IMG/VR virus record: IMGVR_UViG_3300007960_000027
Coordinates: 1-57,039 of that record
Source: a virus
Taxonomy: Duplodnaviria; Caudoviricetes
Length of the DNA stretch: 57,039 nucleotides
Reading direction: 5' to 3' (one strand)
The notes under the pieces are model-generated. The model was not told where the DNA came from, made no database searches, and saw only the letters and a list, made by a program, of their open reading frames with translations. Numbering within the stretch: position 1 is the stretch's first letter; every line of letters starts with the position of its first letter. Position numbers and translations under genes: made by a program. This document shows, piece by piece, positions 7,728-15,960 of this stretch.

Positions 7728-8587
7728 CCGCAGAATGGATGGAAGTAGACGACCTCAAGCCCGTGCATGAGGACACGCACCCAAACCTGTGGGCCTTTAT
7801 GCGTGACGTTCAGGCCAAGATACCCGGCGTACAGTTCGGACGTCGCGGCGGTTCGTCGGCGAGCCGTGCCGTGTTTGCGTACCTGCCCGGAGACCACGTG
7901 ACTATAGGCCGTATTGGCTACGGCGATTTTAAACGGGGGGGTAGGGGTATCAACGAATACATCGTGGAGTCCGACTGTATTAAGAATTGCAAGTACAGCA
8001 GCTCCAGTACGCAGCACCACATGGCGATGACTATCCACCGTGACAAAGCGGTGAAGAATGCACAGAAATTTCTGCGTCCAATGTCTACCGCTGTAACTGC
8101 GATGCGTTTATTTGCTGGGGCAAACGCGCTTGCGCAGGATAGAGTATCCAAACTCCGGGACGCAGTTGCAAAGGTCGAGTCGAAGGTGTTTACGACGTCC
8201 TTGTCTAGATACGGTTCAGGTGCCGTACGCATACGACTGCTGGCTGAAATGCAACGTCTTGTAGACGAAGACCACACGTTCATTGATCCATCGTTTCGTG
8301 ATGACCTTGTCGCTATGCTTACTGCACGTGCCGAGTATGAAATGTCTAGCGAAGGCGTGGAGTTTACGTTCGTGGGCGTCAAAGACACACCGCTCGGTCG
8401 ACAGATAGAAGTAGTGGACTTGGATAGATACGGCGCGTGCAACGACGACGTACGTATCTTCACCGAAGCTGATGTGCCTACTGACCTTGCAGGTAAAGTG
8501 GCCGTACTGTCCATGCTTCAGCCTCGCGAATACGTCGATGGTGTAGGTTGTCGTCGTACCAATCGGGCATTCTATGTCATACGGTGA
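7724..8587 (+). CDS. hypothetical protein
   Basis: 287 aa ORF, RBS, ATGA overlap. Confidence 0.8.
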   Translation: MTAEWMEVDDLKPVHEDTHPNLWAFMRDVQAKIPGVQFGRRGGSSASRAVFAYLPGDHVTIGRIGYGDFKRGGRGINEYIVESDCIKNCKYSSSSTQHHMAMTIHRDKAVKNAQKFLRPMSTAVTAMRLFAGANALAQDRVSKLRDAVAKVESKVFTTSLSRYGSGAVRIRLLAEMQRLVDEDHTFIDPSFRDDLVAMLTARAEYEMSSEGVEFTFVGVKDTPLGRQIEVVDLDRYGACNDDVRIFTEADVPTDLAGKVAVLSMLQPREYVDGVGCRRTNRAFYVIR

Positions 8588-8819
8588 GCTGTCGTACCGT
8601 GTGGAGTATCTGCCTGACAATGAACACGTCAATGTGCTATGTTTTACACCTAAACATCTTGCATTGATACCGGATGGCAAGTATCGTATAGATGATCTTC
8701 CGGACGTGTTGCGAAGCAAGCTGGCGGTTCTGGCCATAATGGAGGCCCCACCTCCGCCTGTTGATGTGGCGGGCGTGGGCCAGCGCGTAGGCGAGCGTGC
8801 GTTCTGGGTGTACATCTAA
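8574..8819 (+). CDS. hypothetical protein, paralogous to the C-terminus of the upstream gene
   Basis: shared pattern D.P..L..K.AVL...V.GVG.R...RAF(Y/W)V. Confidence 0.75.
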   Translation: MSYGELSYRVEYLPDNEHVNVLCFTPKHLALIPDGKYRIDDLPDVLRSKLAVLAIMEAPPPPVDVAGVGQRVGERAFWVYI

Positions 8820-8834
8820 GTCTGTACGGGGCGT

Positions 8835-8853
8835 GTTATACGCCCCGTATAAC
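8835..8853. promoter_or_regulatory. 19-bp palindromic element copy 12, before RBS
   Basis: GTTATACGCCCCGTATAAC. Confidence 0.85.
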
Positions 8854-8878
8854 ATCACCAGTTACATGGAGACGGCGA

Positions 8879-9208
8879 ATGGGAATGACGCCCGAAGCAA
8901 AGGTTAAGAAGGTTGTCGTACAGCAACTCAAGGACATGGGCGCGTACTATTTTTACCCGGTGACGGGTGGCTATGGCGGCAGCGGGGTGCCTGACATCGT
9001 TGGGTGCTACAACGGTCTGTTCTTTGGCATCGAATGCAAAGCCGGGAACAATAAGCCAACCGCACTGCAACAGAAAAACATCGACTCCATTGTAACCGCA
9101 GGTGGCCTGTCATGGGTCGCCAATGAGAAAAACATGCGCATGACCGAAGAAATCCTGCGCGCAGCAGAAAGGATCGCATCTGAAAATAACGGAACCATGG
9201 GGGACTAA
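8879..9208 (+). CDS. VRR-NUC family nuclease
   Basis: TPEAKVK, GVPD, GIECKA, PTALQ motifs. Confidence 0.85.
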   Translation: MGMTPEAKVKKVVVQQLKDMGAYYFYPVTGGYGGSGVPDIVGCYNGLFFGIECKAGNNKPTALQQKNIDSIVTAGGLSWVANEKNMRMTEEILRAAERIASENNGTMGD

Positions 9209-9301
9209 CCTACGGGAGTTCCTACTCATCATGTTCCAACACGACATCGTGTGGAAACCAAACAAGCCCGGCGATACGCCACCTTTTTAAAGGATCAAAT
9301 C

Positions 9302-9982
9302 ATGACCGATACCGCATACGAAGCAATAACAATCACCAACGAGATACACACAGGCGCAGCCTTTGGTATCCTGCACGGCACCGGCCGCAACTGTTACATC
9401 CCTTCTTCGGTTATGCATGCCAGCCGTTGTCGTCCCGGAGACGTGGTGGACGCCGTGCTGGTGGAGAACCCGAGCCCCGACCCGGATATTCGAAACCGTA
9501 CACCCTACATGGTGCGCTTCATCAAGCCGCCTGTGGGTGAGACACCCCCGGCCGCCCCGCAGAGACCAGTGCAGCTTGAACTTCCTCTGGAGCCCGAAAC
9601 GCCATCGCAGCTGGCACGGGAAATCATAGCCAAACTGGGTGGCGAAGCCCCAGCCCCAGCCCCAGCCCCAGCCCCAGCCCCGGTACCTAGCTTGAAAGAG
9701 CGTGCCGCCAAGCATGTCGAAGCGACCATGGCTGCCGGTGGGGTCTGGCGGTTTGCGACTATGTTTGCTGATTTCATGCGGGCAGAAGGCAAGCCCGGCG
9801 CAGATCGTGCGCGTCACATGGACGAATACTGGGCCGTGGCGCATGCTATGCGCCATGTGTTCGACACCGATCGCTGTGCAAAGTGGACTCTCTACAGCAA
9901 GGCGTCGAACCAAAAGGCTTCGAAAGAGTGGTATAGCTGCCACCCTCAGACCATCGACGTAGCGGAGTTTGAAGATGAGTAA
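9302..9982 (+). CDS. hypothetical protein with Pro-Ala linker
   Basis: AAGGA RBS, ATG 9302; ccagcc tandem repeat. Confidence 0.75.
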   Translation: MTDTAYEAITITNEIHTGAAFGILHGTGRNCYIPSSVMHASRCRPGDVVDAVLVENPSPDPDIRNRTPYMVRFIKPPVGETPPAAPQRPVQLELPLEPETPSQLAREIIAKLGGEAPAPAPAPAPAPVPSLKERAAKHVEATMAAGGVWRFATMFADFMRAEGKPGADRARHMDEYWAVAHAMRHVFDTDRCAKWTLYSKASNQKASKEWYSCHPQTIDVAEFEDE

Positions 9983-10466
9983 GTTACCAACCGACGAAGA
10001 ACAGCGTGTGTGGGCGTACCTCCTACAGCATCGGGACGCCCGTGCGTTTGAAGTGGCTGAGGCCGTGGGCGTGAGTGAAGCCCTCGTTGCATCCATGATG
10101 GACCGCATCTCCTCGGACAACTGGCGGGAGGAGGTAACCCCTCCCGCTACCAGTGGCGTCAAGTTCGACACTGACAAGCTGCCGATGCACCTCCTGCCGC
10201 CGGAACTGTTGGCGGGCACCGCAGCGGTGCTGGACTTTGGGGCCCGCAAGTACACTCCGCGCAACTGGGAACTCGGCATGGAGTGGCACCGCCCGTACTC
10301 CGCCTTGATGCGGCACATGTGGGCGTGGTGGGGCGGCGAGGACTTCGACCCCGAGACCGGCCTGCTGCACACGTGGCACGCGGCCTGCTGCATCGCGTTC
10401 CTGATGGCCTACGAGCAACGCAAGATCGGAACCGACGACCGACCGAAAGGAGCTATCAATGACTGA
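9975..10466 (+). CDS. dATP/dGTP diphosphohydrolase domain protein (DUF5664) with N-terminal HTH
   Basis: GVKFDTDK, GARKY..RNW, ALMRH, DPETGLLH..HA motifs. Confidence 0.85.
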   Translation: MSKLPTDEEQRVWAYLLQHRDARAFEVAEAVGVSEALVASMMDRISSDNWREEVTPPATSGVKFDTDKLPMHLLPPELLAGTAAVLDFGARKYTPRNWELGMEWHRPYSALMRHMWAWWGGEDFDPETGLLHTWHAACCIAFLMAYEQRKIGTDDRPKGAIND

Positions 10467-10872
10467 CCGTCGCAGCTCGGGCCACCGAATAAACTATCCG
10501 GAACATGGCATCCCGCTGGACTACGCCAAGACAGACCTTCAGCGTGAGCGGATCGCCATGCTTAATGACTGCAAGGGCGACGTGGGGCTGGCCGCAGCGC
10601 GGCTCGGCATCGACCCGCAGGGGCTTTACGATGTGCTGTCTCGCCTGCGTGACCGTGGCGTTCTGCCCGCAGTCCCGAATGGATGCCCCGCGAACCGCGC
10701 GCTGCAACACCGGAGGTTTTCGTTGGGCAGCTTGCACGCCACCCTTCCCAAGCAGCCCCTCAAAGTGCGCAAGTGGGTTGCCCAAAACGTACCGGAGGGT
10801 GGCACTGTAGTTGACCTGCTGTGGTCTGTCCTGCTGGACGTTGTCGAGGAAGAGGAGGACGCCAGTGGCTGA
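10459..10872 (+). CDS. hypothetical HTH protein
   Basis: AAARLGIDPQGLY helix-turn-helix; AGGAG RBS. Confidence 0.65.
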   Translation: MTDRRSSGHRINYPEHGIPLDYAKTDLQRERIAMLNDCKGDVGLAAARLGIDPQGLYDVLSRLRDRGVLPAVPNGCPANRALQHRRFSLGSLHATLPKQPLKVRKWVAQNVPEGGTVVDLLWSVLLDVVEEEEDASG

Positions 10873-11044
10873 TACTTTGGAGCGCCGCCAACTTGATGTG
10901 GCGATGAAAGCGCTGCGCCGGGTGGCGCGGTGCGACGACGCAGAGGCGCGCGAGATTGCGTGGTTTGCGATCTCTATCATTGGAGACATGGAGGACGAAC
11001 ATGCCAAAGGCAAAATGGTCAATCGCCGAGATGCGCGAGACTGA
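10865..11044 (+). CDS. hypothetical protein
   Basis: GAGGAGG RBS, GTG start, overlaps neighbours. Confidence 0.5.
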   Translation: MADTLERRQLDVAMKALRRVARCDDAEAREIAWFAISIIGDMEDEHAKGKMVNRRDARD

Positions 11045-11159
11045 GGTCGCGCATCTGCGCGGAAAATTGAAGATCGCCATGCAGGCGCTGGAGGCGCTGG
11101 CAGAGGCTGGCGACGAGACCGCGCAGCGGGCGCTGGAGAGGATTGAGGGCGATGAGTGA
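11001..11159 (+). CDS. hypothetical protein
   Basis: GGAGG RBS, ATG 11001. Confidence 0.6.
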   Translation: MPKAKWSIAEMRETEVAHLRGKLKIAMQALEALAEAGDETAQRALERIEGDE

Positions 11160-11427
11160 CGATCTGGTGAAGCGGCTGCGTGCAACGTGTAGCTGCAACA
11201 TTGATAACACCCCCTGCTTGGCAGAAGAGGAGTGTCGTGTTGCCCAAGAAGCAGCCGACCGCATCGAAGAACTGGAGGCCCAACTGGCGAAGACAGTTGA
11301 TCTTATCGCAGAGCTTGCTGCGGGACCGAGTTGGGGAGAGAGCGTCATGGGCTGGGTAAATTCCATGGTAATAAAGGCCCGCACCACCCTCGCAGAACTG
11401 AAAGGAAAGACCAATGACCAAAGGTGA
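11152..11427 (+). CDS. hypothetical protein (MSDDLVKRLR...EAADRIEELE type)
   Basis: common phage coiled-coil pattern; overlaps neighbours. Confidence 0.7.
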   Translation: MSDDLVKRLRATCSCNIDNTPCLAEEECRVAQEAADRIEELEAQLAKTVDLIAELAAGPSWGESVMGWVNSMVIKARTTLAELKGKTNDQR

Positions 11428-11671
11428 ATACCGTGTGGGGATCACGTTTAACCCCGGCAACAACGACATGGTGGGACAGATCAAGCGTAAGGCTGCTGAT
11501 CTGATCGACCTGATCGAAAGTGTCTCTGTGCCTGATGTCGATACCCTAGAAAGCGCACGGCACAGCAGCGAGGTGACACGCCTCAAGGCACTCGCGCAGA
11601 CCGCCATCGAAGACGGTGCGATGTGGGCGGTGAAAGCTGCCACGAAGCCCGTACCAACAAACAATGACTAA
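11414..11671 (+). CDS. Acb2/Tad1-like helical hairpin protein, possible cyclic-nucleotide sponge
   Basis: two-helix protein ending RLKALAQTAIEDGAMWAVKAA. Confidence 0.5.
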   Translation: MTKGEYRVGITFNPGNNDMVGQIKRKAADLIDLIESVSVPDVDTLESARHSSEVTRLKALAQTAIEDGAMWAVKAATKPVPTNND

Positions 11672-11689
11672 CCAAGAAGGAGAACGACC

Positions 11690-12070
11690 ATGAACATCAA
11701 CGACCTTACGCTGGGCCAGATCAAGGCCCTTACCGAAATGTTTGGCGGCGCATCGCAGCAGCCTTCCAGCCCGCACGTCGGCAAGAAGTGCATCATCCGC
11801 ACATATGCGTCGGGCGTGCATTACGGTACGCTGGACGCGCAGCACGGTCGGCAGGTGGAACTTTCGCAGGCGCGGCGGCTCTGGCGGTTTGACGCCGCCC
11901 CGCACGGCATCTCGCTGTCAGAGGTTGCCATGCACGGCGGCACGGGCGGTCGGCACCGGTACTGCGAGACGGTGCCTTCGATCACGATCCTCGACGCGCT
12001 GGAGATCATCCCGTGTTCTGACACTGCGATTGCCGCGATTGAGGCAGCGCCTGTATCGCAGCCCTCGTGA
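11690..12070 (+). CDS. DUF6948-like protein
   Basis: IIRTYASGVHYGTL, ARRLW, LSEVA, EIIPC; followed by Gly-repeat genes. Confidence 0.7.
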   Translation: MNINDLTLGQIKALTEMFGGASQQPSSPHVGKKCIIRTYASGVHYGTLDAQHGRQVELSQARRLWRFDAAPHGISLSEVAMHGGTGGRHRYCETVPSITILDALEIIPCSDTAIAAIEAAPVSQPS

Positions 12071-12345
12071 TGGCCTACTTTGCAGACCATGAGCGCCCCT
12101 GCCGGATTTCCGGCAGGGACACGGACCTCGGCGACGGCTTCGGCAACGGCTTAGGCTACGGCTGTGGCTCCGGCAACGGCTGTGGCATCGGCCACGGCTA
12201 TGGCTCCGGCAGCGGCTACGGCAGAGGCGACGGCTATGGCTCCGGCAGCGGCTACGGCAACGGCTACGGCGAAGGCGACGGCTACGGCAACGGCTACGGC
12301 GACGGCGACGGCTCCGGCAATGGCAACGGCAAAGGACAGGAGTAG
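12070..12345 (+). CDS. Gly-x repeat protein 1
   Basis: MAYFADHE followed by (Gx)n. Confidence 0.7.
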   Translation: MAYFADHERPCRISGRDTDLGDGFGNGLGYGCGSGNGCGIGHGYGSGSGYGRGDGYGSGSGYGNGYGEGDGYGNGYGDGDGSGNGNGKGQE

Positions 12346-12350
12346 ACCAG

Positions 12351-12620
12351 ATGACCTACTTTGCAGACCACGAAGAACCCGGCTCCGGCAACGGATCAGG
12401 CTCCGGCAACGGATCAGGCTCCGGCAAAGGCGAGGGCTACGGCAACGGCTCGGGCAACGGCTCGGGTTCGGGCCACGGCTCCGGCACCGGCTCCGGCATC
12501 GGCAGCAACTCCGGCCACGGGTTTGGCTCTGGCTACGGCGGGAGCAACGGTGACGGCTCCGGCCCCGGCGACGGTTTCGGCATCGGCACCGGCTCCGGCT
12601 ACGGCAACGGCAAAGGATAG
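12351..12620 (+). CDS. Gly-x repeat protein 2 (tandem paralogue)
   Basis: MTYFADHE followed by (Gx)n; AGGAG RBS. Confidence 0.7.
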   Translation: MTYFADHEEPGSGNGSGSGNGSGSGKGEGYGNGSGNGSGSGHGSGTGSGIGSNSGHGFGSGYGGSNGDGSGPGDGFGIGTGSGYGNGKG

Positions 12621-12631
12621 GAGTGGACCAG

Positions 12632-12835
12632 ATGACTAAACTCACAGCAGAACAGGCGGAAATCGTGGCGAAACTCGCTCAGAGCGTCCGCATGCACATG
12701 CACCGGGGCCTGACGATGCGTCAGGTCGAGGAGACCCTGATCATCGCGGAAGGCTGGCCGCTGGCCGCTGTGCGTGCTGCGGTGGAGCAGGTCAGGCGGG
12801 CTGACCCCAGCTATAACAGGTCCAGCGAACGATGA
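12632..12835 (+). CDS. hypothetical protein
   Basis: AGGAG RBS, ATG 12632. Confidence 0.6.
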   Translation: MTKLTAEQAEIVAKLAQSVRMHMHRGLTMRQVEETLIIAEGWPLAAVRAAVEQVRRADPSYNRSSER

Positions 12836-12974
12836 ATGTCTCAGGCGGCAGCACCAGCGTCTGAGTGTACGCCTGCGTTGCCGCCATGCACTGGTCTCGC
12901 GTCGAAAAAATAGGGGCCGGGGCAGTGTGGCACTGCCCGGACAGGGTGCAGATGAGGATCAGCGGACTGAACAT
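12792..12974 (-). CDS. small secreted or membrane Cys-containing protein, antisense to the operon
   Basis: hydrophobic N-terminus, 4 Cys, fills the gap before the polymerase gene. Confidence 0.55.
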   Translation of the reverse strand: MFSPLILICTLSGQCHTAPAPIFSTRDQCMAATQAYTQTLVLPPETFIVRWTCYSWGQPA

Positions 12975-13020
12975 GCGCTGATGCTATCACAAAATATAAT
13001 ACCAACAAAGGAGAACGACG

Positions 13021-14850
13021 ATGAACCTGATTACTATCGACTTTGAGACGTACTACGACAGACAGTACAGTCTGTCGAAGATCACGACAGAGGAGTACAT
13101 CCGCGACCCGCAGTTCCAAGTGATCGGGGTGAGTACCAAGCTGAACGACGAAGAGCCTATCTGGGTTACAGGGACGGCCGGCGAGGTGCTGGCACACCTA
13201 CACACGTTGCCGTGGGATACGTCGATAACGCTTGCACAGAACACCATGTTTGACGGTGCCATCCTCACGTGGCGCTGCGGGATCAGGCCGAAAGTGTTGG
13301 CCGACACGATGCTTATGTCGCGTGCCATCTACGGCGTAGAGGTATCGCACAGCCTCAAGGCTATCTCCGAACGGCTGGGCATCGGGGTCAAAGGCGACGA
13401 GGTAATCAACGCACTGGGCAAACGCCGAAAGGACTTCACACCAGAACAGATGGACCGGTACGGAGAATACTGCCGTACCGATGTCACACTGACGTACATG
13501 GCGTTCAAGAAGTTTGTCGAAGCTGGGTTCCCAAAGAAAGAACTCAAACTGATAGACATCACGCTGCGCATGTTTACTGATCCGGCGTTGGAACTGGACC
13601 GGGCACATCTGGAGCGGCACCTTGCCGAAGTCACGGCACGCAAGGCAACCCTGCTGACCGATGCTGGCATCACCGACAAGAAAGACCTGATGTCAAACCC
13701 GAAGTTCGCAGAGATGCTGCGTTCGCACGGCGTGGAACCCCCGATGAAGATTAGCCCAACCACGGGCAAAGAGACTTACGCCTTCGCCAAGGGTGACGAA
13801 GAGTTTGTCGCCCTGCTGGACCACGACGATGGGGACGTGCAGACCCTCATGGCTGCACGTCTGGGTAACAAATCCACCATCGAAGAAACCCGCACGCAGC
13901 GGTTCATCGACATCGCCAAGCGCGGCCCCCTGCCCGTACCCATCCGGTACTACGCAGCGCACACCGGTCGCTGGGGCGGCTCCGACAAGATCAACCTGCA
14001 GAACCTTCCGAGCCGAGGACCGAACGCGAAGCAGATCAAGAACTCCATTGTGGCCCCGGCAGGGCACATGCTGATAGATGCGGATTCCGCACAGATCGAA
14101 GCTCGGGTGCTGGCATGGCTGGCTGAACAAGAAGACGTGGTGCAGACCTTCGCTGAGAACGGTGACGTGTACAAACGCATGGCCGCCAAGATTTTCAACA
14201 AAGACGAAGCCGACATCGACAAGCAAGAACGGCAGATCGGAAAAGTTGTGATCCTTGGTGCCGGATACGGGGTAGGCCACAACAAGCTACAGACGTTCCT
14301 CAAGCTGCAGGCCGGGGTCGAGGTAGACCTCAAAGAAGCCAAGCGGATCATCGACGTGTACCGCAGTTCCAACCACAAGATCAGCAGTCTGTGGCGCGCA
14401 GCTGATGACATGCTCCGCGAGATGTCCAAGGGCAACAGCAAGCAGTTCGGTCGGCCCGGGGTGTTGACTGTGCATGGAGACCGCAACGCCATACAGCTGC
14501 CGAGTGGGTTGGACATCAAGTACACGGACCTCAAAGCGGAACCGGGTGAAATCGGATATGACTACACATACAAGACTCGCAGAGGGCCGAACAATATATA
14601 CGGCGGGAAGGTCATAGAGAACGTGACGCAGGCGCTGGCACGCTGTATTGTGGGTGAGCAGATGCTAAAGATTGCCAACCGCTACCGTGTCGTGCTAACT
14701 GTTCATGACTCCGTTGTGGCATGTGTACGCAACGAAGAAGTAGATGAGGCGCAGGCATACATCGAACAGTGCATGCGCTGGACACCCGATTGGGCAGAGG
14801 GCTTGCCGGTAAACTGTGAGTCCGACGTCAGTCGCAGATACGGAGAATAA
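13021..14850 (+). CDS. polA: family A DNA polymerase with 3'-5' exonuclease
   Basis: exonuclease DFETYY; HTGRW, NLQN, motif A DSAQIEARV, motif B RQIGKVVILGAGYG, motif C VHDS. Confidence 0.95.
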   Translation: MNLITIDFETYYDRQYSLSKITTEEYIRDPQFQVIGVSTKLNDEEPIWVTGTAGEVLAHLHTLPWDTSITLAQNTMFDGAILTWRCGIRPKVLADTMLMSRAIYGVEVSHSLKAISERLGIGVKGDEVINALGKRRKDFTPEQMDRYGEYCRTDVTLTYMAFKKFVEAGFPKKELKLIDITLRMFTDPALELDRAHLERHLAEVTARKATLLTDAGITDKKDLMSNPKFAEMLRSHGVEPPMKISPTTGKETYAFAKGDEEFVALLDHDDGDVQTLMAARLGNKSTIEETRTQRFIDIAKRGPLPVPIRYYAAHTGRWGGSDKINLQNLPSRGPNAKQIKNSIVAPAGHMLIDADSAQIEARVLAWLAEQEDVVQTFAENGDVYKRMAAKIFNKDEADIDKQERQIGKVVILGAGYGVGHNKLQTFLKLQAGVEVDLKEAKRIIDVYRSSNHKISSLWRAADDMLREMSKGNSKQFGRPGVLTVHGDRNAIQLPSGLDIKYTDLKAEPGEIGYDYTYKTRRGPNNIYGGKVIENVTQALARCIVGEQMLKIANRYRVVLTVHDSVVACVRNEEVDEAQAYIEQCMRWTPDWAEGLPVNCESDVSRRYGE

Positions 14851-14851
14851 C

Positions 14852-15286
14852 ATGAGATACGAAGACCAAACCCTAGTTGGTGACATTCCGGTACGCATAT
14901 CAGGTGATGTGGGTCCGCAAAAACTCGTGTGCCCTTCATGTGGCGGGCCTAACCTGCATTTCGACGAGGCACACGAGGCTACCGATGGCGCAGTGTGTAT
15001 TCAGTTTAGTTGCGAAGGCTGCGCTATGGGTGAGGGGTATATAGCCGATACCGTAGGGTACCTTAATATATATCACCACAAAGGGACTACGTATATGTCG
15101 TGGTCCGTAAACCGCGTCCTCCTAGACGATGAGGCATGTAGCAGTTTCTATCAACTGCAAGCCCAGCGGCAAGACACCGAAGAAAAGATACGGGCGATAC
15201 GTAACAAGTACGTTGTTTCGTCGCCCCAGTCCGCTACGGCGGCGGGAGGGTCCGTAGCGGCACATACTTCGGAGGTTGGTGTCTGA
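14852..15286 (+). CDS. hypothetical Zn-ribbon protein
   Basis: CPSC and CEGC motifs; GGAGA RBS. Confidence 0.6.
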   Translation: MRYEDQTLVGDIPVRISGDVGPQKLVCPSCGGPNLHFDEAHEATDGAVCIQFSCEGCAMGEGYIADTVGYLNIYHHKGTTYMSWSVNRVLLDDEACSSFYQLQAQRQDTEEKIRAIRNKYVVSSPQSATAAGGSVAAHTSEVGV

Positions 15287-15957
15287 TGCCAAACGCAGGT
15301 GCATGGTCATTCAGTCGCATGAAGGGGTTCGAGACGTGCCCGAAGCAGTATTACCACGTCAACGTGCTGAAGGAGTTCCCCTTCAAGGAGACGGATGCCA
15401 CGCGCTATGGCACTGAGTTCCACAAGGCGGCAGAGGACTACATCCGGGACGGTACCCCTGTGCCGGAGCGGTTCTCGTTTGCTCGGTCGACGCTGGAGGC
15501 CCTCAAGGCCAAGCCGGGCGAAAAGCACTGCGAACTCAAGATGGGCCTGACCGAGGACCTGCAGCCCTGCGGGTTTTTCGACAAGGATGTGTGGTTCCGC
15601 GGTATCGTGGACCTCGCCATCATCAACGGCGACAAAGCGTTCATTGTGGACTACAAGACGGGCAAGTCTGCAAAGTACGCAGACACCGGGCAGCTGCAAC
15701 TGATGGCTCTGTCTCTGTTTGCACACTTCCCCGAAGTGAAACGGGCCAAGGGCGGGCTCCTGTTTGTCATCGCGGACAAGTTCGTGGGTGCGGATTTCAA
15801 TGCGGCAGACCACAACGTGCTGTGGTCTCCGTGGATCAAGAAGTATGCCCAACTACAGAAAGCCCACGAGACAAACGTGTGGAACCCTGTACCGAGCGGG
15901 CTATGCCGAAACCACTGCCCCGTGGTAGAGTGCCCGCACAACGGACATCACAGGTGA
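15286..15957 (+). CDS. PD-(D/E)XK (Cas4/RecB-like) exonuclease
   Basis: WSFS..F.TCP, GTEFH, RGIVD, VDYKTGK, QL, C-terminal Cys cluster. Confidence 0.9.
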   Translation: MPNAGAWSFSRMKGFETCPKQYYHVNVLKEFPFKETDATRYGTEFHKAAEDYIRDGTPVPERFSFARSTLEALKAKPGEKHCELKMGLTEDLQPCGFFDKDVWFRGIVDLAIINGDKAFIVDYKTGKSAKYADTGQLQLMALSLFAHFPEVKRAKGGLLFVIADKFVGADFNAADHNVLWSPWIKKYAQLQKAHETNVWNPVPSGLCRNHCPVVECPHNGHHR

Positions 15958-15960
15958 CGC

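Noticed and set aside
68-8853. Palindrome series as a CRISPR array
   Set aside because: Spacing is 90 to over 2000 bp with whole genes between copies; no cas operon, and the Cas4-like nuclease sits in a normal replication context
1665-8853. Elements as integron attC or loxP/dif sites
   Set aside because: Too short for attC with GTT/AAC boxes in the wrong order; arms and spacer do not fit loxP or dif; no tyrosine recombinase in the window
9975-10466. 2-aminoadenine (Z) genome pathway
   Set aside because: No purZ or datZ recognisable in the window
12070-12620. Diversity-generating retroelement TR/VR pair (also considered for the 50-bp repeat)
   Set aside because: Differences in the Gly-rich pair are not adenine-specific, the 50-bp pair has only one mismatch, and no reverse transcriptase was seen
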